From the NCBI GenBank assembly GCA_973851085.1, contig OZ316775.1, positions 9,982,001 through 10,046,000 of the forward strand: DNA of 64,000 bases, written 5' to 3'. Both the position numbers and the translations under genes were made by a program. The stretch's first letter is position 1. Each line of letters starts with the position of its first letter. Below are positions 15,009 to 26,212 of the stretch, piece by piece. The stretch comes from Ptychomitrium polyphyllum. Its lineage: Eukaryota. The notes beneath the pieces were generated by a model. That model did not search any database and had not been told where the DNA came from. It saw nothing but the letters and a program-made list of their open reading frames with translations.

Positions 15009-18000
15009 CTAATTTTAGTTACTGTTATATTATCTCAAATTGGAATTGTTCAAACCTAGGAGCTAAGCAGGAGATATTGGTCTCACGGTCCAATGATGAA
15101 GAGTAATTGTTTTTATATTGCTGAATCAGGCATGCTGGCTTTCGCTTTTCGTGTTTTCTAGTACATTCGATGCTGAAGGATTCCCATTCATGGGTTCTTT
15201 TTGTTTTGTGATGTGAGTAACTTGAGCACTCTGGTGCTTTTTGAGAACATTTAGATTTTGCTGATGGAGTGATGTCCGTTTTGCAGGTATGTAATGCAAG
15301 TTTAAGTAGTACGTTTGCGTCGTAGGCATCACTACATGACAAAAGAATTTCCTTCATGGGTTTAGAATCCCTTAATTGTGACAAGCGTTGACCCTTTAAC
15401 GTAATCGGATAATAGAAATGAGCTGCGGTGGGAGTCTTGATTGCTGCACAGAGATTGCTACTGGTGCAAATTATCAGTGCTGTACAATCTGATCGAATCT
15501 GCAGGATCAGTACGATATCCCACTGTATTTCTGTCTGCTGAGGTTTCTGGCATACGGTACATGGATACACATTGGTGAAGCTTAAAGGTTTTGTCTATCT
15601 TCAATCCTGCACCCTTTCGTTGCATTTCCAGAATAAGAATGTACACTTCTGGAACAGTATCGTCACTTAATTTTAACGTTCAAGGTCATATGAGCATTTG
15701 CTTGTACAGGAACTTGAACGTTCCGAGGGTGATAATTTGCAGCAATGCTTCTTCAATTGCAGCGAAAATGTACTCACAATTTGCCGAACGTACTGATAAG
15801 TTTTTCTGTCTACGGTATTTAGTAGTGTGTTGATAACATTATTTTGAGCCTGTTTTTACTGCTCTTGTGAATCACTACAGTAACAGTTCTAAAGGCAAGA
15901 ATCTTCACCCATTGAAAACGCTCTAGGGATGATTGAAACAGCTTTATTAGCAGGGGATTCTAAGACCGTTGATTGAGTGATGGTGACGACCTGCCTTGTT
16001 GGGGGAGTTTTCAACGGATATTGCAAGGGAGTGTTATAGTGCAGGTAAGTGTGAGAAATACGGTTAGATTCTTGTACTTGTACTGCATTGAGATCACTTC
16101 ATTTTGTTGCTGTTTGGTCATTTTTCTATAACACAACGCATGTGATGCTATGCATGTGAAGGAATCATGGAGAATTTAACCTTCAGAAATCGAGTAATGT
16201 GTCAATCATTTCAGTGCTCATGATGTTGTTGTTATCTTGCAGGTAATTACTGGTAATGTGCTTTGGTCGTGTCTGCTGATTTCTTGTCTGGAAAACCTGC
16301 ATCAAGGCTGAGCACACCGGAACTACAGCAGCATTTCATGGTTGTGTGGAATAAGGGATTTGTGTGAATTCAATTGTATGTTGAGACTTAAGATTCTGCT
16401 TGAAAAATAACACTGCCTTGGCAAGCGTCGAGCTATGTATGATTGGTTAGAATGCACACCGTAACCGAAGGTATAACCCCTGAAAACCTCTGTACTGGGC
16501 CTTGGCCCTCAACTTACGAATTGGAGATGTCAACAACCCTTCTATGTAAGCAGCGATTTCGAATTTTTCGGCAATCATAGAATTTGTTTCTAGCCCATTT
16601 CGGTAGAGTTTCAATATTGGCCGATTTTTTTTCAGTTGATTCTAAGGATTCTTGAACATAAGTGTACGACTACCTTTTAGGGAAGTACTTTCTGAGATTC
16701 ACTTTATTCGCTTATGCCGAGTGTTCGTCCATAATAATCTAGTGCTGTTCAATTGACAGAGTCTTCTGCTTTCTCATGCCATGATGTATATAGGTAGGTT
16801 GCCTTCGATGAGTAAGATGGACCCTTCAACGAGGACAAGCGTGTGCTTTCAGCAACTTTCAAGAAATTTTGTAACTACGGATTGGGCGGGGGCAGTACCA
16901 AGCTGCATGCAACAGAATATTACATGGTCGTCCAAACTGTGTGGGTTCTAGTACGATATCTACCACTTGCACTGACATCTGCTTCAATTAATCTTGGTTT
17001 GCAAGGGCAAGGAGTGGTGATTTCCATATTTCACTCTCTTTAAAACGTCCGAGTGAAAAACAGCACAAGTAGGAAGTTTAGATCATCCATACACCTGATT
17101 AGGTCTACGACCTTTGGGAGCTTTGTGTACTGAAATTACCATTAGTTACAATTAACTTTTCAAATCTTTTGGTCAACGCAAATGAAGAGATTTTATTGTA
17201 AACCTGCACTCTTAGTTTGAAGTTCCAACGACTTTCAATGTGTACATGAATATTCCTCTTTCAAGCTCTCAAGCCTTCGAAGGCATCATAAAAATACGCT
17301 TATTCCATTTGATGATATCTGTCATCCTTGTCTTAGGGATACGTCACTTACCCTCATTCAATTTCTAATTCAGGAACTAGGTCTTTCTATTTAAAGTCTT
17401 CTTTGTGGCCAAATAATAAAACTATCCGAGGACAAAGACGATTGTGTGCGTGGCATGTTAGTTGGATTCAATATATTTATGGAGCAGGTCTATCCTAAAA
17501 GGCAATTGCAGAAAGAGTCAAATTATAGAACTGGCCTACGCGAGCATCGTTTGTAAGAGACAATCCTCCGAACCCCGAGGAATTGAATCGTTCTATGGTG
17601 GCCTGTGATATCAGGCTCAGGAACCCATGTTAGTATAAAAATGAAGTGTTTCAATGCAACACCCTACCCTACTCTTGGACTATGGTGCTGGTAAAACTGT
17701 ACGAATTAAGGTTTTAAGCAACAGATTAAGGCCCTAATCAACATCGTAGGCAGTAATCAAGAACCAAGCTAGCAAATCATGAAATTCCAGAAGGCTATGG
17801 CCCATACTCCTTGACCTTTGTTCATTGCTCCATCAGTCAACGGTTAAGTATAAAAATTCCCAAGAATGAAGTTGCCAAGTCATCAACTTTAAAAAACAAA
17901 AGCTGTCTTGAAGCAGATGCGTCAAACCGTGAGCTAACTAATGCCCCTTGAAATGTAAGATATCGTAATTAATCGTACTAGACGAGCCAAAGTACAATGT

Positions 18001-18349
18001 ATATTTTGTTGTGCATATGAACTGCCTGGGGAACTTCTATAAAAACATGTATGCTCTATCGTATGAATAAGTCTTTCAAATGAACAGGGCTGAAAGCATA
18101 GGAGAGCTTTATAGTCACTAGGATTTTCTGTACTTAACCTGTACATTTCTGAAAGCAAGGGCCAGACGTACATGTCTTTCAGGTTTAGTACGTGTTAATG
18201 TTCTAAACCTCTACTTTACACTAGGCGCCTTTACAACATGTCGAGATAAAGCACCTCGAAAACAAGTATCTGCAGAGTTTCTATTCGACGACGCCTCAGA
18301 GCTGAGTACTATAGGTCTTTATAGTAAGTAGCAAGAAGGATTGTTGAAA

Positions 18350-18955
18350 GAGAAGAATTGTCCGGTTGGTTGGCAAAGCCAATACCAGGACAATGATGAG
18401 ATCAACAGTTTACTTATGGAGGTGATTGCGACAAAAGATCGCTCCCCTGTCATAATAATTATTTTTGAGTGGCGTTGCTTCACACTCTGAATTCAGTGTC
18501 AACAATCATACCCAATCGCGGATATCATATGTGCTACCTCATAGCAGATGATATATATTCTGATTGGGCTACCTTCCAGTAGACTATTTCTGAGCCACGA
18601 GCCACAAGGTGAGAAGAGAAAATAGTATGCCAAATTAAAGAAGGTGCACGGAAAGACGTTGAGCGCGCATTTGGTTCTCTGCAAATAAGATGGGGAGTGG
18701 TACGCTACCCGGCACGGTTATGGAGCAAAGCCACCATGAAATATGTATGGAAAGCGGCTGTGATCATGCACGACGTGATCATCAACGATGAACAAGATGA
18801 CATTGAGTTGAATTCAACATCAGCCTCAGCTCAACTTGAGGAGTACCGAGTACCAATACCATTCTCATTTGAAAGATATTCACGCCAGTTCCTCCCCATA
18901 CAATCTGAGGCAGCTCACAATCCACTCTAAGATGATTTGGTCGACCACCTCTCGA
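18350..18955 (+). mobile_element. PIF/Harbinger transposase remnant
   Basis: KNCPVGWQSQY ... YLIADDIYSDWATF ... ARKDVERAFGSLQIRWGVVRYPARLW ... IMHDVIINDE ... DDLVDHL, with stops, frameshifts and an internal deletion. Confidence 0.85.
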
Positions 18956-19349
18956 CCCTCAAACGCAAGGAAATTAACATGTTTGTCTGAATACAATTGT
19001 TTGGTGAATACAATAACTATCCATTTGTATGAGCAACTTTTCAAAAAAATAAAATTGACATTACAGTTATTTGTAAAGAGATGCAACGATCCCAAGGGAT
19101 TTGATCTCTCTTTTCATTAAATTCAGCCCTAAGCAACTCTAAATATGTATAATCATTCTCATAGCAAATCAACCAGTAGACCCTGACTCCCTTCTTGCTC
19201 CTCATCAAAACCAGATTGGATGAGCTCCTGGCTCTCTTGGACCGGTGCAGGTTGTTCATCGTCTTGAATTGGACCTTCACTGACAATGCTACTACAATCG
19301 CGGCGTTGAAATTGTGGTGAGGAACTACTTGCATCTGCAAGCGATTGTT

Positions 19350-19760
19350 TCAGTGAGTTAAGCTCTTGCTGCTACGGAGGCAGACGTACTCTTGCGCATC
19401 TTGCTCAAAATTCTGCAATGACATTTTGAAGAGCTGCAGGTGGGTTTCCTCCTTCATGACCTCCGTCTTCGTAGCATTCACAGCCGCCATGGCGGCAGTT
19501 GGCTTGCCAAATTCTGTGTCCAATCTAATTACTTTGGACCCATTAACAGCCAATTTCTTAGCCTTCTTAATTCTTGCTTGGCGCTCCAAGAATGACAATG
19601 TAACATCCGTGCTTGTACCCTCGCCATCGACTTCGTCTGTCACACCACCACGCAAGGCCGAAATCTGGCGCTTTTGGGGAGGTGGTGGAGAGGCATGATG
19701 AGCTTGCCATTTTGGAGCAGATTGCAACAACACTCCATCACGATAAATGGCTTGTTGTCC
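19350..19760 (-). mobile_element. Probable Harbinger partner ORF remnant (NAM-associated C-terminal-like)
   Basis: LLQSAPKWQ...ERQARIKKAKK...LFKMSLQNFEQDAQEY resembles the C-terminus of the PIF/Harbinger accessory protein and converges on the transposase remnant. Confidence 0.55.
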
Positions 19761-20619
19761 TAGGAAGAGTCCTGGTATAGATCACATCATGTACGCCAAG
19801 TCGTTGGAAAGTGACTTACCAGGCCCCGCAGTCATCTGGAAGGGCCTTCAAGTTGAGTCGAATTGCTAAGAGTAATGCAAGCCACTGCTCCTCCGGTTTC
19901 GATAGCACCTACCGACTTAATGACGTTAAAACACGAGCATTTAGGAAACTTGTCAGTAGGCCCATCTGATGGCAAACGAGTACAACTCCTCTTTAGAATC
20001 TTCAGATTCGTGTGCTTCACCAGCACGTAGTGACGCAAGTCTAACATACAAGATCACATGTTTGGGACCAAGAGGTAAATCAACATTCAATTACCTTTGC
20101 TTCTAAAATCCAAAGAATGAAGTCCCTGGAATTTTTGTTCAGAAGAGACAGCCGGCAGTCAACGTCTGGTGGATAAGAAAGCAAACCATGGCTTGCTTCC
20201 CGAGACGGAGTTCCGCAGGACTGAAGAACCAGTTTGTCAATCCAAAGTCATAATACTTGTAAATCCTCAAAGCTCGTTCTCATTTTCAAAGTTCAAAACA
20301 TGAGTACAAACTATAAACTCCTCACCGACTGTTTTTTAGCAATGACGACTTCCCAGTGAAGATATTGATATTGTTGCAATGACTCCACTTACCAAGTTTA
20401 ACGTCATCACAAATTTCTGCAACTGGCGACACACACAAGCAGGCACATCTAATGATTCCACAGCGTATCAGTGCATGTGTTCCTAGTAACATCTGGTGCA
20501 AGTTTCGATGCTCGCAATCCTACACATTGGTGGGAAAATGTGATCATTCAGTTGAATAAATTAACAGTGAGGGAGTGAGAATGGATATTGACAATCTACT
20601 CAATCGTTTTACATTTCTC

Positions 20620-21511
20620 AAAGTGGATTGTTGCAGTCCAGTTGGTGTGCTGCATCCCAGATAAATTCGACATTGATGAGTGACTTGAATATTGGTCTGC
20701 TCTCATCGCAGAAAAGCGCATCTCATTGTGGAAATGATCCAATGCGATCCCAGTGTCAAGAAAGAACTAATCCAGATTCGTTCTGAAGCCCTCTCAAGCC
20801 AGTTGGAATTTGAAATGGAAGACGAGGGAACCCTTAATCTCCGTCCTAAACATATTTAACGCTTTCAGAATCTCCAGTAAGTTACGGTGGAAGAATCTCT
20901 TCCGGGCTGTCCACCCTAACTTTGGTCAGGCAGGCCTTCCACTTCAAAATCATGGGTGGTGCAGAAGGAACCCTCGCTGCGGGTTCGAACTTGCGTCACC
21001 CTAAACCCAAAAACTCATTGGCAAAACCATCTCAAATGAACAAACTCTATCTTGTGAGACGAGGTTGAAGCTAAGAAATCGCACACACACAAATCGCTTT
21101 CAGCTTAGCCTCAAATTTTAGAATCCCCAGCAACTAGGAACGAACTATGCGCAAGCGCGACATATATGACGAAACAAGCAACGGATTCCTCAACCAAACT
21201 CAAGCAAACGCTGCATTTGAATTGGACGAGATACTGACAAGCTCGAAAAACACAATCCCACATCAAACATGAACTCACCAATGCAGCGATCAAATCCCAC
21301 TGACTTCCGCAGGATCTCACATCGGCCGACACTGTTCAAACAAACTCCCCAATGCGCGCCCAAAAGTTGCATCATCAAACACCTCAATCACAGACACACC
21401 TGAACCGCACCTGCACATCTCATTGTCTGGATCGTTCGGATTGTCCAGACTGTCCTCAAAGTTCTCATTAAAGACTGCATCACAAACATCTCGAAAGAAA
21501 TGCACCTGCAC
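20620..21511 (-). pseudogene. Possible exon remnants of an unidentified gene
   Basis: Protein-like segments VHFFRDVCDAVFNENFEDSLDNPNDPDNEM...FEQCRPM* and TEIKGSLVFHFKFQLA*EGFRTNLD*FFLDTGIALDHFHNEMRF with in-frame stops. Family not recognised. Confidence 0.3.
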
Positions 21512-21877
21512 ATAGGATTGTTCACCTCCACATCACACAACCTACACATCGGATGCTTCACATGTACATGGAATCATTCGGATTTGCATCTTGCCAATCA
21601 AGCCATCAAGTATCCTCAAAACCACCGAAACTTGACAAAGTCTATCAGAACCCACGAAAACTTCCTCAGCGCTAAAACTTTCCCGACTTGACCGATCTCA
21701 CCATGGCTTTTGTGCAGATTTACAACATAACATATGAGATTGCGGAGCCATGAAACCCATTAGGGTTTTGAGGTTCGGTTGCAGGGGATGAGCTCAGTTT
21801 CCAGCGCAACTAATTTCCCCGTCCACCTCACCGCCTTACCGCGCCACCTGGCGGGGCGGCCGGGGATCTTTATCCAG

Positions 21878-21883
21878 TATAAA
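21878..21883 (+). promoter_or_regulatory. Candidate TATA box of the PI4K-gamma transcript
   Basis: TATAAA after a GC-rich box (gcggggcggccgggg), at the start of a 2-kb GC/GT-rich leader region. Confidence 0.35.
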
Positions 21884-22925
21884 CACTTGAATAACTGCGA
21901 GACTGCAGCTCTCCTGCACACGCCGCGCACAACCCACACGAAGCGCCAGCCCTGCTGGGTTCTAGAAGCGGCACAACACCGCCACAGCCGCGGTGTGTGC
22001 TCTGTGTTGCCAAAACCGACGCTCGCCTCTGTGAGTCTAGGTTTCGGAGCCTCCCTGCGCTGCACCCACATGCGCGCCTGCATCTGTCGCCCTAAAGATC
22101 AGACGCAGAGGGAGAACTCCGAGGACGCCTTTGTGAAGAGAGCACATCCTTACATTCTTCCGGAGTGCGCATCACATCACATTGTGCGGTTGGTGGGGTG
22201 GTTGGTGGTGGAGGCTGGGAGTGGCAGTGCGGGGGAAGTGAGAGTCGGTTGCCGGGCGTGCATTGCCATGCCATGTGCACCATGGGTCGGTATTAGGCGC
22301 AGCATTCACAGATTCCGCCGCTCGTAGGACGATTTGGGCGCCGGGGATCGTCGACTGTCGCAGGCAGAGAGCGCCACATGTGTTGGTAGATCGGTGTGGG
22401 CGTGGTGGTGTTCGGTTTGGAGCAGTTTGCGTAGTTGGTTTTGCGGCGTAAACCCCTGCGCCGGCCAATTTGGGTGGTGTTTGGGGTGGTTGGGGTGTTA
22501 AGTGGTGGGGAGTGGGAGTGCATTGAGGGTGGGAGGGAGTGGATGTGGCCTTTTGGAGTTGAAAGCGTTTGCTAGTCTGGGATGAGTGGCGGGGCGATGT
22601 GAGTTGGGATGCTTGGTTTATGTTCGTTGTGGTGAGAGGACAGGCATTGTGGGCGCGGTGGGGGTGGTGCTTCAGGTGGGTTAGGATTCGCCTGTAGGAT
22701 CGTCAGCTGGGAGTGGGTGTGGTGGCTGGGTGGGCCTTTTTCTTAGCGGCGTTGAATCTGAGAGTGTTGGTTTTGTGGGAATTTCGTTGACGCATCTGGG
22801 TTTGACATTCGGAATTCCGTCTGGGAGGTGGGGTGGGTTGCATCGGTTGCTTCTAGAGTGGTGGCCACGGTTTTGAGACGCCTGTAAAGAGAGGTGAAAC
22901 GGAATGTTGGCCTCGAAGCTTGTAG

Positions 22926-23354
22926 CGCAAGCAGTGCAGATGTAGCGAGAAGTTCTTCACGGGTCATGCACAGGGGCTCCGTGAGTCAGGGTGGGTTTTG
23001 TGCGTTCCGAGCTCGGTAGCTTCTAGGCTTGGGGGCGGTGGAAGCAGACGAAGACATGAAGCGTATTGTGATCGAAATTTAAGTGGACGCATTGCTTCGG
23101 CGACGTCATTTGGTTCGACGATCTCAAGGAGGCAACAGCTCCGCACGACGTACTCAGAACTCGTAAACAGGTCTTTAGTTGAAGGAGAAGCAATCTTGCG
23201 ACGTAAGTGTGCTCTTGCCGTGATCATCTTGGGCTTCTCAACGACTTTGTACACAAGGAGCTACCACGCGGATTTCCACAGAGCAGCACACAGTTTCCTT
23301 TGATGGTAGAAAAGTGGGTGTATTGTGCCTCTAGTTTTGGTAGTTTGTAGATCG
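22926..23354 (+). other. Long AUG-less upstream reading frame in the PI4K-gamma leader, interrupted by TGA-TGG-TAG
   Basis: 125 stop-free codons at 22926-23300 end in KCALAVIILGFSTTLYTRSYHADFHRAAHSFL, then *W*KSGCIVPLVLVVCRS up to a G|GTAAGA donor at 23354/23355. Confidence 0.5.
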
Positions 23355-23891
23355 GTAAGAGCCAAGGACGTGTTTCCTCATTCTGCGGCCTGGGACGGCA
23401 AACAGAAGCTCCGCAACTGGATGTTTGCATATCGGTTAGAGCAATTGTTGGTGCCTGTTGCAAGAAACGAGAGCGCATTCGAGGCGAAGCGATTTGGGCA
23501 CGGCGTCAGGTTCAGGTAAGGAAGAGCTCCCCTCACTCATTTTCATACCGTTCTCGACCAACCCACAATGCACTAATTTATACAAAACATGTTCTCTAAG
23601 CATACATTCATTAGATGTTTTTGTGGTTTACAAGCACTTTAGTGAAGACTGTCACGGCCGAGATAGTGGTTGGAGTATTTTTGTAACATGTGTCCAATTT
23701 TTTTCCCGCTCATGGACATATGTAGAGCTTTATATGGTGAGTTGTGGGACAAGCCTTATTTAGGACGATTTCCCTCATGTCAATATAACCAACCTTGTCG
23801 GGAGTCCCTTGATGTCGAGTTATGACGTAAGGAGGTCAGTAGGATTTGATATAATAAACTTAATGATAATGTTCTTTGTGGATGTCTAGGT

Positions 23892-26212
23892 ATGCCTCCC
23901 AATGCTCAAGGCCCAGTGCAAGTTCGGAAACCTGTGGCAGTTACAGATTCAGTTAATGGCCAAAGTCTTGGCAGAAATGGTTTTCACAAGAACGCATGCC
24001 GTCAAACTGGGGGCCGACGGATTTTTGTGCAAACTTATGCAGGTGAGAAAGGTCACCATGGATGAAATTTAAGAAACCATCGTTAGCCTACCCTCTTGAG
24101 TGTATTTATTCCCTTCGTTGTATGACATAGTTCGTGTTTATCTTATATGCCTTTGTACTCGATTATTTTTCTAGACTAATTTTTGAATGGAGTGTCCTGC
24201 CTTATGATAGTTGACATTGAACTAATTGTAGATTTTGGGGATCTCAGGCGCAGATTGTTGAGGGAGTGATAGGAGTAACTGTAATGTGTAAGTTGGGACT
24301 AACGTGAGTGATCTGATGGAGTGTAGGAAACGTCCTTGGGATTGAGTTGGACAGAGGTGACAAAGTGGAGTCTGTGAAGAAGAAAGTACAGGCTGCATTT
24401 GGTGTTCCCACTGAGCAAAGTACTTTGATTTTTGGTGATCATATTCTTGACAAGGATCTAAGCGAAGTCAGAAACGATGCTCCTATCTTGCTTACGAAAG
24501 GCAAGATATACCGCAGCTCCTCGACGCCGTGTTTATCACCCACCAGCAGAGGTGTTCATCAAAATAAGGTGTTTGAAATTGTCGGTGGCTCAAAGCATTC
24601 TACCAAGATCAAGCGACTTGTGTGCGAAGTTTGCAAAGGCATTGAAGCTGGGGTGCAGCCTGGTATTGCTAAAGGGGGTCTTGGTGGAGCCTATTATTTT
24701 CGAAACCGCTTTGGAGAGAACGTTGCGATTGTGAAACCCACTGATGAGGAACCTCTGGCACCCAACAATCCAAAGATGATGACTGGCAGAGCTCTGGGAC
24801 AACCTGGCTTGAAACCTTCTATTCGGGTAGGGGAGACTGGACTAAGGGAAGTGGCTGCTTATTTATTAGACCACGGGCATTTTGCGAAGGTGCCGGTCAC
24901 TGCCCTGGTGAACGCAACCCATTCCATATTTAATGTTAATCCAGAATACGCAGGCGCAGGACATTCACAACCTGGAACCGCCAAAATAGCTTCGTTCCAG
25001 CAGTTTGTAAAGCATGACTATGACGCAGGTGAACACGGCACTTCCCGATTTCCAGTTTCTGCTGTACATCGCATTGGAATACTTGATGTTCGCTTGTTCA
25101 ACACCGACCGTCATGCAGGCAACATACTAGTGAAGAAACTGAATGTCGAAAACAGAGGTGGAAATCTGTTTGAGGAAGCTGTGGATCTCATTCCTATCGA
25201 TCATGGTCTTTGCCTTCCAGAAACTTTAGATGAACCGTACCTCGAGTGGCTTCATTGGCCTCAAGCTTCTAAGCCATTTTCACAGGAAGAGCTGGATTAT
25301 ATAGAAAAACTGGACCCCGGTTATGATTGCAACTTGCTGCGGAAGGAGCTTCCAGCGATGCGGGAGGCTTGTTTACGTATGCTGGTGTTATCAACCACAT
25401 TCTTGAAGCTGGCAGCAAAAGCAGGGTTGACTCTCTCAGAAATCGGTGGTATGATGACTCGGGAGATTTGTAGCGTGGACGAGGAAGCTAGTGAGCTTGA
25501 AAATGTGTGCCTGGATGCGAAGAAGGAAGTGGACGGGGAGCTTCTGTCGTCGAGCCCTGAGAGCGATGGCTTTGGTGGTCCACAGGACTTTAGTTTCTCA
25601 GAGGATCCATCCGACGATTTCCAGTTTGACATGGACGACACGTTTGAAGTGCCCGCATTGAAGCTTCCGGATATTCACAAACGTCCTTCCTATTCACCTG
25701 CGACCGGCTGCAGATCTATGTCTCCACTGGCACGCTCCCCTGCATGGCCTGTACATGAAGACTCGAGCCCAAACCCCCAGGTGATGACGTCGAGCTTCCG
25801 CAACCTGGATATCTCCCCATTTCCACGTTCCCCTCTTGGTTTTCAACCGGATTATAATTCACCTGCTTCGCCAACCAGCAGTGACGACTCATGTTCTTTG
25901 TCTCGCATGTCGGTGCCATCCCGAACAACTTCTCTGAAGACCATCAAGTTTCGTTCTCATCCTCAAATTGAAAAGCCTCGTTCGATTGGGCTTCGGGGGT
26001 ACGCAGCTATGAACGTTACACAGACGATGCGTGCAAGTGAAGACAGCAAGGATATGACCATCCATGGGCCTCTGATTCTGACTGACATGAATGAGAAGGT
26101 GTGGTCTCTCTTCCTCGAGCGTGTCCAGAAGCTGCTGCCGGAAGCCTTTGAGAAAGTGAGGTTCAAGAGCAAGAACCAGGTGCAGAGGCTGGGAACCTCT
26201 TGCCGGTTCTGA
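23892..26212 (+). CDS. PI4KG: Type II phosphatidylinositol 4-kinase gamma (PI4K-gamma 5/6/7 type, with a ubiquitin-like domain), 2 coding exons, 678 aa
   Basis: Exons 23892-24042 and 24327-26212. RRIFVQT...LGIELDR ubiquitin-like domain, RSSSTPCLSP, GGLGGAYY, KPTDEEP, NTDRHAGN, IDHG and C-terminal QRLGTSCRF. Confidence 0.95.

Noticed and set aside
15025..15570. 181-aa minus ORF
   Set aside because: Antisense to the T-rich 3' region of the transaldolase relic; no motifs.
16760..17043. Exon-like fragment DGPFNEDKRVLSATFKKFCNYGLGGGSTKLHATEYYMVVQT
   Set aside because: Could be a gene remnant, but I cannot assign it or link it to other exons.
20950..21005. GGGTTCGAAC B-box-like motif suggesting a tRNA or SINE
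   Set aside because: No cloverleaf, A-box or acceptor stem can be built.
21760..22523. Cluster of overlapping ORFs up to 182 aa on both strands
   Set aside because: Expected in a GC/GT-rich leader region; low-complexity translations without motifs.
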